Under the pieces are notes generated by a model. That model saw only the letters and a program-made list of their open reading frames with translations, was not told the DNA's origin and ran no database searches. A stretch of DNA of 63,685 nt, counting the filler, from Globobulimina sp. (Eukaryota): the NCBI GenBank assembly GCA_003354225.1. It is 20 parts of 20 records of this genome, joined end to end, with 100 filler letters (N's around TTAATTAATTAA, not from the genome) between each part and the next. Parts side by side here need not be neighbours in the genome. Positions count along the whole stretch, not along the records: positions 1 to 3,094 come from PIVH01003749.1; positions 3,195 to 6,288 come from PIVH01003750.1; positions 6,389 to 9,481 come from PIVH01003751.1; positions 9,582 to 12,674 come from PIVH01003752.1; positions 12,775 to 15,866 come from PIVH01003753.1; 15 more parts are not named here. One strand, 5' to 3'. Made by a program: the position numbers and the translations under genes. This document shows positions 1-12,894 of this stretch, in pieces (position 1 is the stretch's first letter; each line of letters begins with the position of its first letter).

Positions 1-705
1 AGTACATTTGCAATTACTTTTGCAACACAAATAAAATATAAACAGCAATCCAAATAATATCCATACACCAACCGAACACAAAACAAAAAATACTAAGAAA
101 AGCAGTAATGCCAAAGAAACACTAATACTAAATAAGCCAATAATAATTAAAACAATAAAAATTGCGATAAGCAGCCTATTTTTACAAAAGCAGCTATTGC
201 CTCTGGTAACATATTCATTTTGTGGCATATTAAATTTTTTCGGGTGTTTGGGATCATACATAATTTTAATTGTATCTCCTTCAGTCAATGTTGCAAATAA
301 TTTGCGTGTAATTAGATGTTTATTTGTTAGTACTGCTTTGAATTTAATCTTTTTATCATAGAATGATAAAATTGCATTTTTTATTACTTGTGGGGTATCA
401 TTGTATATGTTTTTAATATATCCAAATACTAACAATTTTGCTTTGTGTTCAATGTGTTGATCCTCTGCATGACTGAACTGATAACAAACAGAGAATGCTG
501 CTAATTCACCTAATCTATCATTACAAACAGGGAATGTTGTTTTTGTCAAAGATTGTATTATACCATTTGCCAATACCCCTCGTTTTTCCAATGCAAATCG
601 TTTTGCGATCATAAAATATATCGGAATTAATGCCATCCAAAACAGGACAACGAATATTATGTGCAATAAAACGTTCCCTGGAAAAAAATATTGTAACCAA
701 GTCAT
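1..705 (-). CDS. DUF3592-like membrane protein, 3'-partial (not in ORF track)
   Basis: Manual translation from ATG at 705 is open to the contig edge: TM IIFVVLFWMALIPIYFMI, then LEKRGVLANGII, then EGDTIKIMYDPKHP (DUF3592-like pattern), then further TM segments. Confidence 0.6.
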   Translation of the reverse strand, partial: MTWLQYFFPGNVLLHIIFVVLFWMALIPIYFMIAKRFALEKRGVLANGIIQSLTKTTFPVCNDRLGELAAFSVCYQFSHAEDQHIEHKAKLLVFGYIKNIYNDTPQVIKNAILSFYDKKIKFKAVLTNKHLITRKLFATLTEGDTIKIMYDPKHPKKFNMPQNEYVTRGNSCFCKNRLLIAIFIVLIIIGLFSISVSLALLLFLVFFVLCSVGVWILFGLLFIFYLCCKSNCKCT

Positions 706-1105
706 TTGAACGATGAGTTCCGAGATAACCGATCACCAAAAACAAGAATATTTAAGCCAGTACAAAACCTGGTTCAGTTTGAGTACCGTACGAGCAGTCG
801 ACTCAGCACAGCACCTACCTAGATACAGGGAATTCGACGGAGATGAATTATACATTAACAGAAGTTTCTGTTCTATGGAAATAAATTAAGGCGAAGCAAA
901 AGTCAATAAATTGTGATTTCAACAGGCGTTAAATGGTATTTATGGACTATTAGATGATAAAATTTAAATCAATACTCAATTATGAATACTTACTTAATTA
1001 TGAAATGTATATTTTTAAAATTTTTGTACCTCGTCCTCGTCTGTTGTCATAATTGAAATATCAAACATTTATGTAATCTTTGTACGTTGAACAAGAAATT
1101 AAAAA

Positions 1106-1378
1106 ATGATAGAAACGACCCAAACGAAAGCAGATAAAACAAAGAAAGAATTGCAAAATACAATACAGATCGCCATTGATCGCAATACGAAACTATCCGT
1201 TTTAAACGAGACATCAAATAAATTATCAATGAGTTCAGATATATTTGCAAAAAAAACCAAAGAAGTTAAACAACAAAAGAGAAAAGAATATGTATCCTCA
1301 ATCTTCAAATATATTTGTATTATAATCGCAGTGACTGCATTGTGTGCTTTGTTAGTGTGGCATTTCTTATTTAAATAG
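1106..1378 (+). CDS. Synaptobrevin/VAMP-family R-SNARE
   Basis: 90 aa. Heptad TIQIAIDRNTKLSVLNETSNKLSMSSDIF with central Arg, basic linker and C-terminal TM anchor. Confidence 0.8.
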   Translation: MIETTQTKADKTKKELQNTIQIAIDRNTKLSVLNETSNKLSMSSDIFAKKTKEVKQQKRKEYVSSIFKYICIIIAVTALCALLVWHFLFK

Positions 1379-1482
1379 TTCGCATTTTCTGTGTCATAAC
1401 TAAAAATTCGCAATATTAAACTTGTGATGACTCTTTTGATGAAAATGTCGAAAAACTTTATCTGGCAGCGACAGCCTGAATA

Positions 1483-3094
<1,612 letters not shown>

Positions 3095-3194
3095 NNNNNN
3101 NNNNNNNNNNNNNNNNNNNNNNNNNNNNNNNNNNNNNNTTAATTAATTAANNNNNNNNNNNNNNNNNNNNNNNNNNNNNNNNNNNNNNNNNNNN
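3095..3194. other. Artificial contig spacer N44-TTAATTAATTAA-N44 (first of 19)
   Basis: Identical 100-nt spacers start at 3095, 6289, 9482, 12675, 15867, 19058, 22249, 25439, 28629, 31818, 35007, 38195, 41382, 44569, 47756, 50943, 54130, 57316 and 60501. They carry stops in all six frames, and contig lengths fall from 3094 to 3085. Confidence 0.99.
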
Positions 3195-3591
3195 TTTACA
3201 GTTTTTTACAGATTATTCAAAATAAAAACATTGAAAGTCAAAATTGAATTCTTAAAGGTTGTGTTTCATCGGGAACCATTAACATTTTATTATTAACCTA
3301 TTTTCCTTCCAAGCTTTTTCTCGCAAATGATTAAAAAAAGTTGATCATGAGCAAAATCAAGGTCAAATAGGAAAACTCTAATGAGCCCTGAATATGAAGT
3401 CTCAAGGTCAGTACTGACAGAGGCTCACGTTCGTTAAAAATAAAACAGTTTTACTGGCGTTTTTTTTGGTAAAAACACCAAAACACTACAAATTGCACGA
3501 CCTACATAAACAAACACAAAACAAGTCACTGCAGAGAAGCAGCGGACGTACGGACCTAATTTTCATTGCGGCGATCACTGATCAGTCAAAC

Positions 3592-5669
3592 TCAAACATG
3601 TTGTCTTTGTTGTATACTTAAAATCATTTCATTTTTTTTCTCATTGTCATCTAAGATTTGCACACTCGAATTTATTAGTTTATAATAATCACTTTCTTCA
3701 TCATCGGAACTTGTAATAATATCGAATAAACTGAGAGCATTTGGCAATATATAATTATCATTCTGATTCTCATTATTATACGATTTATAGCCTAAATATT
3801 GAAACACAATCAAATGTATTTCATTCTCACCACTCTCGTTACCAAATCTTTGTTGAATAACATCTATTCTTTGCCTATTCAAATGAATATAATTATACGC
3901 TTCATTCAAATATTTGTCAGGCTCTTCCTGCCAATTTCCAGCACGTGAATACAAACTGTACCATAAACACCGCACCATCTCCAAGAAAGACGGTAGAAAT
4001 AATAACATCACAATTATGACAGTATAATAACTCCACATAAACCAAAATAATCCGCGTACATCACCGCTGCAGTCAGCATAGTTCACTCCGACCACAACAG
4101 ACACGAAGACTGGATATATTATGGCGCCATATATGGCCAGCAACACTTGAGTCGGAGCAATAAAATAAATAAACATCATCTCAATGATCTTACGAAACAA
4201 ATTAAAGCATTGATATTCATCCTCATTATCAATATTTAGATTCACTTTATCATAATCTGCAGTGCCTACAATTGCGCCCAAATCAAAAAATTTCATCAAA
4301 ACATCCCTCATCAATCCATCATATCCCTCATATAAAACAATACTCATTTTATCACCCGATGTTACGAACAAATTCAAATCAAATTTCTCATTCCAACGAC
4401 ATTCAAAATCGTCTTTTTTTTGTTTTTCACCTTGTTTTGGCGTTAAATTTGCATATTTTTCACTTTGCGATTTGTTTTGTTGCTCATTGTTCGGTGTTAA
4501 ATACCAAATTAATGTTTGTTCCACTTTTTGTAACAAATCAAAATATTTCATATTCTGGTTGGATATTTTTATTTCATTGGAGTCATTTGATTTAAATTCA
4601 AATTCGTTACATTCGTCGTCAGAGTCGTCAGATTTCCGATGTTTGGCAGCAACGGGAGTATAGATTGGATTTTGTGCATCTTCTTCTTCATCAAATATCC
4701 TTTGAATTAGCCATAAATAATTAAACAGCCATAATCGCAGAGAATAATCGTATTTATTTACCTTTTCATGTAAGAAGCGAATGACATTAAACCATAAATC
4801 AAATTGATATTCATACGCATTGTGATAAAATATTAACAGTGGATAACTAAAAAAAATGGTATCTACAAATAGCCAAATAAATATTAACGCGATCGGTATC
4901 AACAAAAATAATAATAATGAATTCAAAGAACAATTTGGAACGGAATGGAAACCATGAAATACAAATAAAAATACTGCATAAAATGGTGAAAAATACATGT
5001 TTTTATAACAAATATAAACGTCGCTGTGTTAACAACATCCATTGTCCAAAATGATTTGAATGGGCCGTCATATTCGTATCGATTGTAAAATATCCAATTT
5101 GTAATGAACCAGATGGTCAAAAGGCCTTTGAATGTATCTAATAATAAACATATTAAATGGAACGCATTTGCTTTGGTAGGGATACAGCCGCCGTGACCTA
5201 CAAATACCAACGGCACAGACATTGAAGTCAAAAATATTGAAATCAAAGACATTGTGAAAGGGGCAGTTAGCGAATAATTTATTAGATACACATTGTTGAG
5301 GATGGCCATGGGGATTCCAACAAGAAATGCGTGCGATATCGATCCATAAAAATAACGACGAAATGTCATGGACCAAACATGCCGATATTTGAATAAAACC
5401 AATGGTAAGAAATCAACTAAAAATATGGACCAATAATGATGGGGACCGGCTGGCGTATATTTGATGATCTGATATTCTAAACCGATTAACCAGATTAACT
5501 TCGTAAATATCAGTGTAAATAAGGAAAAACTAAAAAACCATTGACTTCCAAACGCAGAGTATTCGTACATTAAATAATAATAAATTGCATTTTGAATCAA
5601 TGATACAATGATTAAAACATTGCAAACATTATAGTTTAGCCTCGATATCTCAAATTTTGTCCAAGCCAT
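3592..5669 (-). CDS. Multi-pass membrane protein, weakly XK-related, split by an apparent frameshift near 5000-5030
   Basis: Two overlapping hydrophobic ORFs (5669-4923 and 4998-3592). HAFLVGIPMAILNN...SLISIFLTSMS resembles the XK-family E-S-x-P-Q segment. Confidence 0.5.
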
Positions 5670-5786
5670 TATGGGTTACCTACTCAGTTTTCAGTCACTA
5701 AAAACTTTTATAATTATTACGTTATTCTCGACTTCTCGTATACCGTCATTTGTTGAATTATTTAACATATAACCTGATGAGCAATA

Positions 5787-5935
5787 TACTTTAGAATTGG
5801 ACCTGTTTTTTAAACAACGCATTTTAGAAAAAAATTAAAACCTATGGAGAGGTCATCACCATCTCCCAACAAAACGACTTGCGAATTTGCGGATTTTAAA
5901 TACAATGTGTTCCAAACAGGTCCTATTCTAAAGTA
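5787..5935. mobile_element. MITE-like element with TA ends
   Basis: TACTTTAGAATTGGACCTGTTT (5787-5808) and AAACAGGTCCTATTCTAAAGTA (5914-5935) form a 22-bp inverted repeat with 1 mismatch, with TA at both outer ends. Confidence 0.6.
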
Positions 5936-6388
5936 CTGCGTTTAGTGAGAAAAAAGATGTTAGTGAAAATAGAATAATTCAACTAGGTACGGTACTTACT
6001 TACAGAGTGAAAATAGAAAATTTAAATGTTATTTAATAGACAAAGTGCATTTAAGTGAATTGAAAGTAAAGTGACTGATTCAGTTGATTTTTTCCGTCTA
6101 CAATCAATATTTAACATATTAAACGAATAAATACTGATCAAAAACAGCAAATTAACATTTTAAACATATTTAATATATAGAATAAACTAGATGTACCCAG
6201 TTTGTTTAATCTTATCGATAAAGATATTTATTTTTTTATAGAAAACGTAATATGAATATCAACCTTTGAAATGTCTCATTTACAAAAGNNNNNNNNNNNN
6301 NNNNNNNNNNNNNNNNNNNNNNNNNNNNNNNNTTAATTAATTAANNNNNNNNNNNNNNNNNNNNNNNNNNNNNNNNNNNNNNNNNNNN

Positions 6389-7911
6389 AAAAACGATTTT
6401 GATTTCCTTCGCAGATAATAAGTCTACCATTTTTAAATCTATTTTTGTTGATTTAAATTTATTATTTTGTGAAACAATATACATTCTGTTTCCATTATTC
6501 CTTATGCCGGAACTAAAAATTGTTAATTTGAATGCTGTATATCCAACATTATTTTTGTACGTTTTATACGAACAATCAATTTGTTGCATTTTTATTCTGT
6601 GTATAATATTATGCCAAACATCTGAATCCTGCTCAAAACATCGCGATATATATTCTCTGTCCATTAAACTGTTTGTCATATCTCTACTTACCGACACCAA
6701 AATTTTTTTCATTGATCGTTTGGTAAATTCATCCTGATAAAACGCCAAATCCTGGATGTAATCATGCATATTATTGCATAACAAGCAACAAATTACAATG
6801 AAAAGATACCTCGTTGACCCAGCGTTTGAGAACTTTCCTCAAAATGGATATACGTACATTAATACTTTCCTCAAAATTAATATTGGCAGCATAATATTTA
6901 GCAACCCTTTGAGTTAAAGTGTCTGTTAATTGTAATCTCTTAACAGATAATAAAAAACATTCTAAATTGCCATATTCATTCTGTATTTGCTCCATCGCCT
7001 CAAACAAAAAAAACAATGATTGCCAAATACGGAAATCATTGATATCGTCATTTATCTGGATAGCATTTGATATAACAGTTGCTACAAATACAGCTAGTGT
7101 ACATTCAATGATTTTTTGTGGAAATAAAATGATTTTATAATATTCCTCTAATAATGATGGTAATGGACCTATTTCCGCCAATTGTAAGTTTAATTGTTTT
7201 TGTATTGCATTGGATGCGGATTGCGCTGTATGTTGCGCACTTATTGAAAGAGTACCTATTAAATATCCACATTGATCTGGATTAATAATTTTAAATAAAT
7301 TATCACAAAGAATACGGCTCATTTTTGGCATATTATTAGTATTGGACATAAACCGTAATAACGCCAATGGACATGATACATTTACATAGAAATAACTCTC
7401 AACACCATCGATGTCTACTGGATCAACACAATTTGTATCATCATTCTGTATTGCATCGTCAGCGTTTTCTGTGTCGTCCGTTCTCGGGGTATCACCATGT
7501 TTACAGTTTTGTTTTCCCTCTGTTCAAAAGAAAAATAAATGTTTTCATAGGATATTTCTACAGAATATGTGTTTTCAAACGAATAAAATATGTACAGAGA
7601 CAAATACCTTTATTAGCAACTTGATTTTCCTTTTCTTTTCGATTTGTTCTGTCATTTATTGTTTCAACGGATGACTTTTTCTTTATAATTATATGTACAT
7701 TTTGCAATTCGTTGGATATTGTTTCCAACGCTTCATTAATAACTGACGACGGATTATTTTGTTTGAGTAATGATTTTAAGAATTCCCAAGCAGTGTCTAT
7801 AACAACTTCATCATTTGGATCCAATAATTGCTCCAATTCTAGTAATTTTGATGCTGCAGGAGAACGAGTGGAGACTTCTTCTTTAACTTCCTCATTATTT
7901 GATTCACTCAT
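6389..7911 (-). CDS. Hypothetical multi-exon protein, 3'-partial
   Basis: Four consecutive minus-strand ORFs with GT...AG boundaries from ATG 7911. No family recognised. Confidence 0.55.
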
Positions 7912-8010
7912 TTTCACATTATACGTGTTTTTTATACTTACATACAGCTAGTTTGTCAAAAGCATTTAGTAAATTTCAGTCGAACGTAACATTTAAAAAA
8001 AGTTTCAGAA

Positions 8011-9390
8011 ATGAATATTTCTATGATATTATGGTTACTTATTAGTATATCAATGGTTCGCGCAGCGATGGAAGATGAAGTGCGAGGATCAAACTGGGCA
8101 GTATTAATTGCAGGATCCAATGGATATTATAATTACAGACACCAATCAGATATATCACATTCATATCAAATATTACGAAAATTAGGGTTATATCCACCAT
8201 CCCATATAATAACAATGATGTATGATGATGTAGCATGGTCAGATTACAATCCGTTTCCAGGTCAATTATTTAACGAACCAGAAGGCGATGATATATATTC
8301 AGGAATACACATCGATTATGTTGGCGATGATGTAACTGCAGAGAATTTTTTATCTGTTTTGCGCGGAGATCCAATTATTAACAGACCTGAATTACCCGTA
8401 TTAAACAACACATCATCAATGGATAACATATTTATTTATTATTCAGATCACGGCGCTCCAGGTTTGGTTGCAATGCCCATCGGATTGCCATTATACGCGG
8501 ATGATTTACACAAAACATTCCATTATATGCATGAAAATGACATGTACAATGAATTGGTATTTTATTTAGAAGCCTGCGAATCTGGCTCAATGTTTGATAG
8601 ATTATTAGATGATACATTATCAATATTTGCGACAACTGCATCAACTCCGACAGAATCATCATATGCTTACTATTACAATGACACGCTTAGTACGTATATG
8701 GCTGACGAATACAGCATTCGATGGATGCAGGACAGTCAAACCAATTGGCTTAGGGACGAATCGTTAATTAATCAGTTCAATAATGTTGCTACCATCGTGG
8801 AAGAATCATCACCGCAAAGATATGGTGACGAATCATTTGCGGATGCTACAATTCATGAATTCCAAGACTTTGAATTTGAATATAAACAAAATAAAGTAAA
8901 ACAATCTGGATATATTAGAAAAGAAAAAAAAGTCCGAAAAGAGGGGTATGTCGAATGTGATACAGTAACTCCAAAAGTATTTGATCCATTTTGGGTACCA
9001 AGCAAAACCTGTGTGGATTGCCGCGATGTTAAATTAGTAACATTGCAGCATCGATATTTACAAAGTAATAATAATTTTAAACAACAGAAACATTGGAAAC
9101 GAATGATTGAAATTGAATTAATGGAGAGAAAGAAAATTAGTGTTATATTTGAGGATATTCTCAATTATTTAACTGGTTCATATGATGATGGTAATATTAA
9201 TATGAATTTCCAAGTGTATGATATGGATATTGCACAATGGGATTGTTTGAAAACAGCTTATAATGAATTTGAAAATATATGTGGTACATTTAATGATTTT
9301 TCATTAAAATATGTTAAATATTTGGTTCATTTGTGTCATTTAGTCAACAGACAAGAAATAATTGAAGCATTTAAACAAGTATGTAATTAA
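8011..9390 (+). CDS. LGMN: Legumain / asparaginyl endopeptidase (peptidase C13)
   Basis: Signal peptide, WAVLIAGSNGYYNYRHQ, catalytic DHG and LEACESGS, and a C-terminal Cys-containing prodomain. Confidence 0.95.
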   Translation: MNISMILWLLISISMVRAAMEDEVRGSNWAVLIAGSNGYYNYRHQSDISHSYQILRKLGLYPPSHIITMMYDDVAWSDYNPFPGQLFNEPEGDDIYSGIHIDYVGDDVTAENFLSVLRGDPIINRPELPVLNNTSSMDNIFIYYSDHGAPGLVAMPIGLPLYADDLHKTFHYMHENDMYNELVFYLEACESGSMFDRLLDDTLSIFATTASTPTESSYAYYYNDTLSTYMADEYSIRWMQDSQTNWLRDESLINQFNNVATIVEESSPQRYGDESFADATIHEFQDFEFEYKQNKVKQSGYIRKEKKVRKEGYVECDTVTPKVFDPFWVPSKTCVDCRDVKLVTLQHRYLQSNNNFKQQKHWKRMIEIELMERKKISVIFEDILNYLTGSYDDGNINMNFQVYDMDIAQWDCLKTAYNEFENICGTFNDFSLKYVKYLVHLCHLVNRQEIIEAFKQVCN

Positions 9391-9581
9391 CAAGTGGGAT
9401 ATATATGGGAAACATACAGATTGATATAAAATAATGCATTTTGTGATTCGTATTTTTAGGTAATTTGTTTTGATGGTATTTNNNNNNNNNNNNNNNNNNN
9501 NNNNNNNNNNNNNNNNNNNNNNNNNTTAATTAATTAANNNNNNNNNNNNNNNNNNNNNNNNNNNNNNNNNNNNNNNNNNNN

Positions 9582-11263
9582 GCAGTCAGGTCTGCATATC
9601 CTTCAATAAAAGTAAAACCATTTGTAACTGCGGCTAAATGAAGTCTGCCTTTCAAATCAGTAACACCCAACATATAATCGCCATAATTTGGCCGTATATT
9701 CGAATAAGTTGTACACCAATCAACCGACTCAGTATTCAATTTAATCGGATCTGACCATGACGTCCCTCCATCATTTGAATGAATATAATATGTATCCACA
9801 AAAGTGTGATAAAAAGAAGTTCGTTGCCCCCATACAATATCATTACAAATTGGCAAATCCTCTCTTAACGTTTCATGTATCTGCAAATACGCAATGTTTA
9901 CACTTCGCCCATCAGAGCTAACTGACACGGACGGAAATATTCGTTTGACAAATCTCTCGGCGATATGTTCTCGAAACGGATGTATGAAGTTCCACGTTAG
10001 ACCTCTGTCATCAGAGTATGAGACACCAATACCCTTTGAATTCAAAACAAATGAGGTCTCATTAATAAATCCTGTGAGTGGACCAGCACAATCGGCCTCA
10101 AATGCATATTCATAAACAGCTATAATGCGATGCAAATATTTTTTATGTTTTTTATTTGTAAATACATCCATTGTGGGCTGACTCGTCAGAGCCGCTCTAT
10201 TGTATGCAAGTGGAGGTTGACAGTACGCATTATATCTGAGAAAGGTCGGATTAATAGCTATTTTCTCTGAAAATGTCTGTCCGCCGTCAGTCGATCTCAC
10301 AAACATAAATCGCGATGATGTCAACCAATCTTCGTCGGTGTTTACAAATTCATACCATGTCACATAAACTTCACCGTCTGCGTTAACCAGCGGATACGTC
10401 ATGTGATTCCAAACTAATGTTTGTTGATAGCCGTCTTGCAAAACAACAGGACCTTGCCATGAAACACCAGCGTCGGAAGTTGCATACATTTGAAGGTCAA
10501 ACTTCAGCGCAGAGTTCAATAACAACAGCGATAAGTATGCTTTATGTGGATCAAAAGGGTCCGCTGCGATCGCTTCTTTATCCATTAACTCATCGATTTC
10601 GACTTTTGGGATTAAACTGGCTCGAATCCATTCAAAATTTATTGCTCTGTTTCGTGGGTCGTTGTGCTTATAAATAATGTTCGCGACATGAACCACCAAA
10701 CCAAGGCTCCCGCCATCCACTGTGGCATCAGTAGCTAAGCTGGCGAAATACAAAATTTCTGCACTATGTTTTGAGCTTTTGCCTCCAATGGAAAACCATG
10801 GATCGCCTCGAGTGTAGTAATTGGTGCCTAAAAAAGGCGGAGCGTACATATATTTCCATGTGGTGCCTCCATCAAAAGATACGGAATGACCAGAAACACC
10901 ATTATTAAATCCATCAGGGGGGCCGGGACATGTTGAGTGATTCTGACGATTTGAATTACAGAAACCTTGAGGGTTATTAAAACCGACAAATATGAGATTG
11001 CCACATCTGGTCTGTGCTATGGATGTCTCTGCGTAACCTTTTCGCGCCGATTCTAAATTGGCTTCGTGTGTTAATATCTTCCCGTTATTGAATGACGAGT
11101 ATCCTTTTGGATTTGGTGACACGTCATATTCAAATATAGCAAGGTTGGGGTCAGGTAATTGTAGCCTGGGTCCAATGCTGGTTCTTCCCGGAGTGATACG
11201 GGGGACGTTGTCGCCTGAGATTAGCGGTGAATAGAGCAACGCAATGAAAAAACAAGCTGACAT
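9582..11263 (-). CDS. Secreted BNR/Asp-box beta-propeller (sialidase-like), 3'-partial
   Basis: Signal peptide MSACFFIALL. Five Asp-boxes: SFDGGTTW, TSDAGVSW, STDGGQTF, SDDRGLTW, SNDGGTSW. Also GDP, DKE and YGDY motifs. No intron. Confidence 0.85.
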
Positions 11264-11337
11264 TATGTTGTTAAAAGTGTAAATAAAAGATGTATTAAAA
11301 GTTTTTAGCTTTGTACTCAAGTGAACCTAGTAAAAGC

Positions 11338-12674
11338 ATGTGGTCGTCTTCTTTCTTTAGTGAACCAGACCCAGACGAGTACGTTCCATTATTGCTCAAC
11401 CGTTACGATTTTGAGAATGAATCAGATGATACATCCGAAGCAACCACACACAATTCAGATACAGACGACACGTTATCAATGATATCATCGCATAAAAACG
11501 ACAACTGGCTATTTAGTCTCATAAATTGGGAACAAATATTTGAAAACGCTGCCAATTATTTAGATATAAATTTCACAGATTACGATTACGATCGTTATAA
11601 TGCCTTAAATGCATTAAATAACAACAATAAAAATAATAACAACTCATCGATTGATACGTTCCATTATTTTCTATCATCATTAAGCAATGGAAAAATAAAC
11701 ATAAATAAATATGGCATCCCAAGCGATAATAATTGCAGTGTGAGTATATACGAAATTATCTATGATCGAGTGGCGAAATCAAGATTATATTCTTTAAAAA
11801 ATATCTTTGATCAATTATATCCAGCTTTAAATGTCTCGGTCGATCGCATTGTTGCAGAGATAATACGATTTGAGTTGGCTCCGGACACAATACGCCATTT
11901 ATTATATAAATCCATAATCACTCAATATAACCAACAATGCCATCCGACTGTATATAAATGGTTTATTTCCATTGCAAATTGGTTTATTTATATCGTATTC
12001 TTTGCTATCCATATCATGTGGCTTCAGTTTGTATGGATTGACTTTCTTAAACATTTTAATTGGGAGAATAGTGGTGAACAAAATGGCGGTGATATTACTG
12101 ATATAACAGGTACTTGTTCTTCGTATCTCCGATAATGTGCAAGTGTACTTTACTTAAGTTTTTTGCAAAACTTTTGCACAGATAATGCCGACAATCCTAG
12201 CGAGAATGACCCAGTCATTGATGCCTCGAGTCACGATTTGAACGCTCATATTTTGTCAGCTTCACTCAACTTTGCAAATGCGACACCTTTGACTGTGTTG
12301 GATACAATCTCAAAATGGCGGTATTTCCAATGGACGACAGCTATCCTCTTTGTGCTTTGTTTTATTTATATGGTTGTTTTATACTGTATCGGTACGTACA
12401 AATTCTTATATTTATGCACGATTAAAATATGACAATAACCATAAATGTAGCTCGAAGAGTGGATTCCTTTGGCGATTTCTTAAAGAAATTGCAATTAACA
12501 CAGTTGCTGAAGCTAGGAAAGGACAGCAATACAGAAAATAATATAAATTATGGGACAGTGACAAATACTGCACCGATAATATTGCAATATGGAGAGAATG
12601 AAACAGTTAATTCAGGCAATGCCTCTTCTGAACGTCGTTCTGCTCCGCGAACACCGGCACCCATTCGGGCGGCA
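11338..12674 (+). CDS. Hypothetical membrane protein, multi-exon, 3'-partial
   Basis: Three ORFs joinable through short GT-AG introns, with two hydrophobic segments. Confidence 0.55.
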
Positions 12675-12894
12675 NNNNNNNNNNNNNNNNNNNNNNNNNN
12701 NNNNNNNNNNNNNNNNNNTTAATTAATTAANNNNNNNNNNNNNNNNNNNNNNNNNNNNNNNNNNNNNNNNNNNNTAAAATTAATTGAAATAGATTTAATA
12801 GAAATAGAAAGCAAATTAATTAATTAATCAAATCTAAAATAAAATAAAAACAAAACGTTTAATAAATTATTTACATGCACCAAAATTATTTCTT

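Noticed and set aside
3139-3150. Regularly spaced TTAATTAATTAA repeat (about every 3.19 kb) suggesting an array or telomere-bounded nanochromosomes
   Set aside because: It is always embedded in N44 pads and is a six-frame-stop linker added when joining length-sorted contigs.
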